A stretch of 64,000 nucleotides of DNA from Planctomycetota bacterium (GTDB lineage Bacteria > Planctomycetota > Phycisphaerae > SM23-33): assembly GCA_016235825.1 (NCBI GenBank), contig JACRIL010000102.1, positions 751-64,750 of the forward strand, in the 5' to 3' direction. The notes under the pieces were generated by a model that was not told where the DNA came from, searched no databases, and was given only the letters and a program-made list of their open reading frames with translations. Numbering within the stretch: position 1 is the first letter of the stretch; each line of letters opens with the position of its first letter. Shown in pieces: positions 60,530 to 64,000 of this stretch. The translations under genes were made by a program, and so were the position numbers.

Positions 60530-61954
60530 ATGCCTGAGAATCTTCGGAGGTTGTCGATGTCGGCGGCGGCGATGATGCTGGCGCTGCCGGCCGGGTTATT
60601 CGCACAGCCGGACCAGCCGGCGGGACAGAACGTCTCGGCGGCGCTGGCCCTGGCGGCCCAGAAGGCCGCCAAATCCCTCGCCGTCGTCGACTGCACCATC
60701 ACCGACGAGCCGGGCCAGACCAGACAGATGTTGGGGCCGGGAGCCTGCATCGACGCAAAAGGCGTACTCATGACCTACGCGATCGACCCGGTGGTGCAGC
60801 CCGACAAGATCACAAAAATCGAGATCGTCCTGCCCGGCCAGCAGGGCAAGCGGCTGGCGGCGAAGTTGCTGGGCATAGATCCCCTTTCGGGCCTGAGCTT
60901 CGTCCAGGCGACCGACAAATACGACTGGCAGGCGCTGGAGCAGGACCGTCAGGTGCAGATCGCTCCGGGCCGGCTTGTAACATCCGCCGGGCCCATGATG
61001 TCCGAGGCGGGTTTCCCGGTCTATCTCGGGGCGGCATGGGTGTCTGTGGAACTGCGGGCGCCGGGCAGACTGGCGATGGTAACCGGCGGATCGCTCTGCT
61101 CGGCCGGGTCGCCCGTGTTCGATTCGGCGGGGAAAATGATAGGGCTGGTCGGCCCGCAGAAATATCTGCCGGTCGATCTGGCAAGCGGGCAGGGCGAGGC
61201 GACGGTGGCCCTCCGCGGCCAGGCGCAGACCGTCTGGTTTATGCCGATTGCGGAGCTCGCCTATATTCTTGACAACATTCCAACCGACGGCAGGCAGCGG
61301 AGGCCCGCCTGGATAGGCGCGGCGAGGTTCGAGACCGTGGGCAAAGACTACGCCGCAATCCTCAAGCTGGGCAAACCCGGCGTGATGATCGACCAGGTGA
61401 TACCGGGCGACGCGGCCGACAAGGCCAGCCTGAAAAACCGCGATGTAATAATCGGCGTGGAAGGCAAGGACATCGAGTCATTCTCCGGCGATCTGATAAC
61501 CGCCTCGAACCTGGCCAGGATGTTCAACATCATGCCGGTCGGCGGAAAGGTCAAGCTGACCGTCATGGACGGGGCCACCAGCAAGGTCAGGGACGTTGAA
61601 TTGACCCTGACCGTCATGCCCGTCCTGCCGGGCGAGGCAAGGCGCTACGTCAGCCTGCCGCTTGGCTTTGCCGCAAGGGAAAAGGTTCCGCTGGACAGGT
61701 TTCTGGACAAAAGCCCGACGGCCGATACCGCCGGACTGGTCGTGCTCGAGGTCGTAGATCGCGGGCTGGCAGCACTGTCGGGCCTGGCCGCCGGAGACGT
61801 CATTGTCTCCGTGGGCGACAAGAACATCCTTACGGTCCAGGCCCTCAAGCAGGCCATCGACGATGCCGCCGGAGCAAGGCCGCCCCAGGACATCAAGCTC
61901 ATCATCCGCCGCGGAAACCAGGGACTGACCGTTACCATCCAGCCGCCCAGATGA
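60530..61954 (+). CDS. secreted trypsin-fold/HtrA-like protein with two PDZ domains, catalytic His not evident
   Basis: It has a signal peptide and a GGAGG SD. GGSLCSAGSPVFDSAGKMIGLV is a protease-like Ser region. PDZ regions are GVMIDQVIPGDAADKASLKNRDVIIGVEG and GLVVLEVVDRGLAALSGLAAGDVIVSVGD. Confidence 0.6.
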   Translation: MPENLRRLSMSAAAMMLALPAGLFAQPDQPAGQNVSAALALAAQKAAKSLAVVDCTITDEPGQTRQMLGPGACIDAKGVLMTYAIDPVVQPDKITKIEIVLPGQQGKRLAAKLLGIDPLSGLSFVQATDKYDWQALEQDRQVQIAPGRLVTSAGPMMSEAGFPVYLGAAWVSVELRAPGRLAMVTGGSLCSAGSPVFDSAGKMIGLVGPQKYLPVDLASGQGEATVALRGQAQTVWFMPIAELAYILDNIPTDGRQRRPAWIGAARFETVGKDYAAILKLGKPGVMIDQVIPGDAADKASLKNRDVIIGVEGKDIESFSGDLITASNLARMFNIMPVGGKVKLTVMDGATSKVRDVELTLTVMPVLPGEARRYVSLPLGFAAREKVPLDRFLDKSPTADTAGLVVLEVVDRGLAALSGLAAGDVIVSVGDKNILTVQALKQAIDDAAGARPPQDIKLIIRRGNQGLTVTIQPPR

Positions 61955-61970
61955 CGGCGCCGCATATTTT

Positions 61971-62370
61971 TAAAGCCCCGCATGTTAATGCGGGGATGCT
62001 GTTGTGATTTAGAGTCCCTAATGCTCTGTTGAAAAGCTTTGTTTAGCCCGATTCATCGGGCTTGGGTTGTTTGACAGGCCCCCGCTTTAGCGGGGGTAAA
62101 TGGCGGCGAAACGTCTTCTTTTTTTGTCTTGTAATGTGTCGGTTTGTCAGATTGGGACGATTTAGCACCGGAATATACTATTATGCTTGAACATAATAAA
62201 ATATCACAAAATAAAACAAGCGAAATGCCTCATCGCTGAACCCCCGCTGAAGCGGGGGCCTGTTACACGACACAGGCAGATCGGTGTGGCTTTTCAAGAG
62301 AGCATTTGGAACTCTTAAATAATAACACACGTCCCCCTGCTCGCGCAGGGGGCTTTATGAATCTTACATC
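61971..62370. repeat. ~400-bp foldback: two ~130-nt imperfect inverted arms, each with several GC hairpins, around an AT-rich ~134-nt core
   Basis: The left arm is taaagCCCCGCATgttaATGCGGGGatgc...agagtccctaatgctctgttgaaaagc...gacaggCCCCCGCtttaGCGGGGGt. The reverse complement of the right arm is tcataaagCCCCCTGCgcgaGCAGGGGGac...agagttccaaatgctctcttgaaaagc...aacaggCCCCCGCttcaGCGGGGGt. Confidence 0.8.
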
Positions 62371-62385
62371 AGAAAGGAACAGGCA

Positions 62386-63126
62386 ATGGAACAGGCAGAC
62401 ATTCAGAATCGGATCGAGGAACTTTCAGGCAGGCTGGACAGGCTGGCGGCGAAGAACCGCAGGCTGCGGCTGATCGGCGTGGGCCTGGGCGCATGCCTTG
62501 CCGCGGCGGTGGCGTTTCACTTCGCATCGGCCGGGCCGCTGGCCGTCGCGCAGGAAAAGGCCGAGCCGGGACCGGTCAAGGCGACCAGCTTCCAGGTCGT
62601 GGATGACTCGGGCAAACTGATGGCCGAGCTTAAATCCAAGGACAAATCCGCCACCCTGGCACTGATGGGTTCCGAAGGCAAGCCCAGGCTGATTTTGGTC
62701 GGCGGGGACAATCCCGGCGTGCTGGCTCTCGATCAGGACGGAACCACCCGCGCTATATTCGGCTACGAAAAGAAGTCGGGCCCGCTCATAGTTTTGAAGG
62801 ATTCCAAAAACAACAATCGCCTTGTCATGGGCGGGGACGACAAGTCGATGAGCCTGGTCCTGCTGTCGCCTGAAAAGAAGAACAGGCTTATTGTTTCGGG
62901 CGCCGACGCCCCCGCCGTGCTCATGTGCGACGAGAACGCCACGCCCAGGACGATTGTCGGGTTCGAGGGCAAGTCCGGGCCGTTCATGGCGCTGCGGGAT
63001 GAGAACGGCAAGAACCGAATGGTAGCCGCCTTCGGCGGAAACACGATCGGCTACTCTGTGCTGGACGAGGACGGCAAGCCGGTCTGGACGTCCAAGTCGG
63101 AGAAATCCGAGAAGACCGACAAGTAA
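62386..63126 (+). CDS. hypothetical membrane-anchored protein with internal beta-strand-like repeats
   Basis: Coiled N-terminus, then the TM segment LIGVGLGACLAAAVAFHF, then repeated G(K/T).R(L/A)I.(V/G).. units of about 20-25 aa (KPRLILVGGD, NNRLVMGGDD, KNRLIVSGAD, KNRMVAAFGG). Confidence 0.5.
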   Translation: MEQADIQNRIEELSGRLDRLAAKNRRLRLIGVGLGACLAAAVAFHFASAGPLAVAQEKAEPGPVKATSFQVVDDSGKLMAELKSKDKSATLALMGSEGKPRLILVGGDNPGVLALDQDGTTRAIFGYEKKSGPLIVLKDSKNNNRLVMGGDDKSMSLVLLSPEKKNRLIVSGADAPAVLMCDENATPRTIVGFEGKSGPFMALRDENGKNRMVAAFGGNTIGYSVLDEDGKPVWTSKSEKSEKTDK

Positions 63127-63138
63127 GCGGCCTGCCCG

Positions 63139-64000
63139 ATGAGACGCCAGGCCTCCGCCATACTACTGGTTTTCTGGCCGGCGCTTCTGCACGGCGCCCC
63201 GCCGGCGGACGCGCTGGCGGCGGGCGAATCGCCGGATTCCCTGGCCGCCGGCTGTCTGCGTCAGGCCGCCAACGATCTTGTCTTCGGCCGGCCCGATCAG
63301 AGATCGCGGGCAGGCAGGATAGCCGCCTTCGCCGCCATGGCATACCGGCTGAGTCCCGACGACCCGGCGAGCCTGAGGCTGCTGGCCGACGTGCTCGAAA
63401 CACAGGGCGATTACGCCCGGTCCGCCGATATCCTGGAAAAACTGCTCGCTCAGAACTCGCGGGACCACGCGCTGGGGCTGCACTGGATAAAGCAGTCGCT
63501 GGCCGCCAGGGAGACCGCCGAAAAACGCCTGGAATTTCTCCAGTCGGCGGCGAATCGCCCGGACCTGAGCGATCCGCTGCGAGCCGAGGCAGCCGCGGGC
63601 ATCGGCCGGATTCGCGTGGGACAGGGTCTTTTCGACGAGGCCCGCAAGGCCTACGACGAGGCCCTGCGGCTGGACGGGCTTTGCCCGTCGGCCCTTGCGG
63701 GCAGGCTGGCCGCGGATGAAAAACCCTCGGCGGTCCTCAAGGCCACGGTCCTGATCGGCCTGGTGCGGGGGAATCCGCTGGCCGTCGGGGCGGCTTGGGA
63801 CCTTGCGGTGCTGCTGGGAAACCTGGGGCTGCACGACGCCTCGCTGGAGATTTTCGACTTCGTCTGGCAGATGTCGGCAAAGGACGCTGCCGCCCTGCCG
63901 CCCGGCCAGATGGCCGTGCAATATCTTAACGCCCTGCTCGACGCCGGCAAGGCCGCCCATGCGGCCGGAATTTTTGAGCCGATAGCCGGCAAGTTCAAGG
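63139..64000 (+). CDS. secreted TPR-like repeat protein, 5' part; runs off the window end
   Basis: Absent from the ORF track because there is no stop in the window. The frame from ATG 63139 reads MRRQASAILLVFWPALLHGAPPADA (signal) ...LLADVLETQGDYARSADILEKLLAQNSRDH...GQGLFDEARKAYDEALRLD (TPR-like). The minus-strand ORF 63163..63960 is its shadow. Confidence 0.55.
   Translation, partial: MRRQASAILLVFWPALLHGAPPADALAAGESPDSLAAGCLRQAANDLVFGRPDQRSRAGRIAAFAAMAYRLSPDDPASLRLLADVLETQGDYARSADILEKLLAQNSRDHALGLHWIKQSLAARETAEKRLEFLQSAANRPDLSDPLRAEAAAGIGRIRVGQGLFDEARKAYDEALRLDGLCPSALAGRLAADEKPSAVLKATVLIGLVRGNPLAVGAAWDLAVLLGNLGLHDASLEIFDFVWQMSAKDAAALPPGQMAVQYLNALLDAGKAAHAAGIFEPIAGKFK

Noticed and set aside
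1-64000. CRISPR arrays, rRNA, tRNA, tmRNA, RNase P, SRP RNA, intact IS elements, integrases, and toxin-antitoxin or known defence-system genes.
   Set aside because: I scanned all intergenic gaps by eye. I found no regularly spaced direct repeats with unique spacers, no cloverleaf-compatible segments and no conserved cores such as GGAAAGUCCGGGC or the SRP GGAA/AGCA motifs. I also found no transposase or integrase motifs. The absence is not proven without tRNAscan, Infernal or HMM runs.

Overview
The window is a densely coding, visibly GC-rich bacterial chromosomal segment with four single-gene low-GC islands. Gene content suggests a PVC/Planctomycetota-like organism, by inference only: many Gfo/Idh/MocA and xylose-isomerase-like TIM-barrel genes, HEAT/PBS-lyase repeats, FHA and EF-hand proteins, GT4-rich polysaccharide genes, a sulfatase remnant and an HExxH-PDZ peptidase. 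I call about 60 protein genes. Housekeeping genes are anmK, hisH, hisI, trkH/trkA, queF, apbE, prfB (with the canonical CTT-TGA-C +1 frameshift), hemL, gluQ, asnB-like, panC, panD and lgt. Two edge genes are missing from the ORF track: a class II aldolase at <1..292(-) and a TPR-like protein at 63139..>64000(+). I found no rRNA, tRNA, CRISPR array or intact IS/prophage. The most interesting locus is a translationally coupled minus-strand operon at 54474-57003. It encodes an ArsR/SmtB regulator, a Cys-rich MtrA-like corrinoid-type protein fused to a DUF4346-like region, a TM helix and an extracytoplasmic domain, and a small membrane protein carrying a MerT-like CC-x2-P-x9-GAW motif. It is a candidate undescribed corrinoid-dependent metal(loid) system. 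Other leads:
- a form IV RuBisCO-like protein operon (1-2632);
- a DeoR-headed six-gene isomerase/kinase/aldolase + aminotransferase/oxidoreductase cluster containing an FGGY-kinase::amidohydrolase fusion (42354-50489);
- a promoter-to-terminator bounded ~220-nt candidate sRNA upstream of prfB;
- a secretin-like lipoprotein operon;
- a HEAT-repeat gene split by a CGA->TGA change;
- several families of intergenic hairpin, MITE-like and foldback repeats.
All homology calls are by-eye motif recognition, and no database search was possible.
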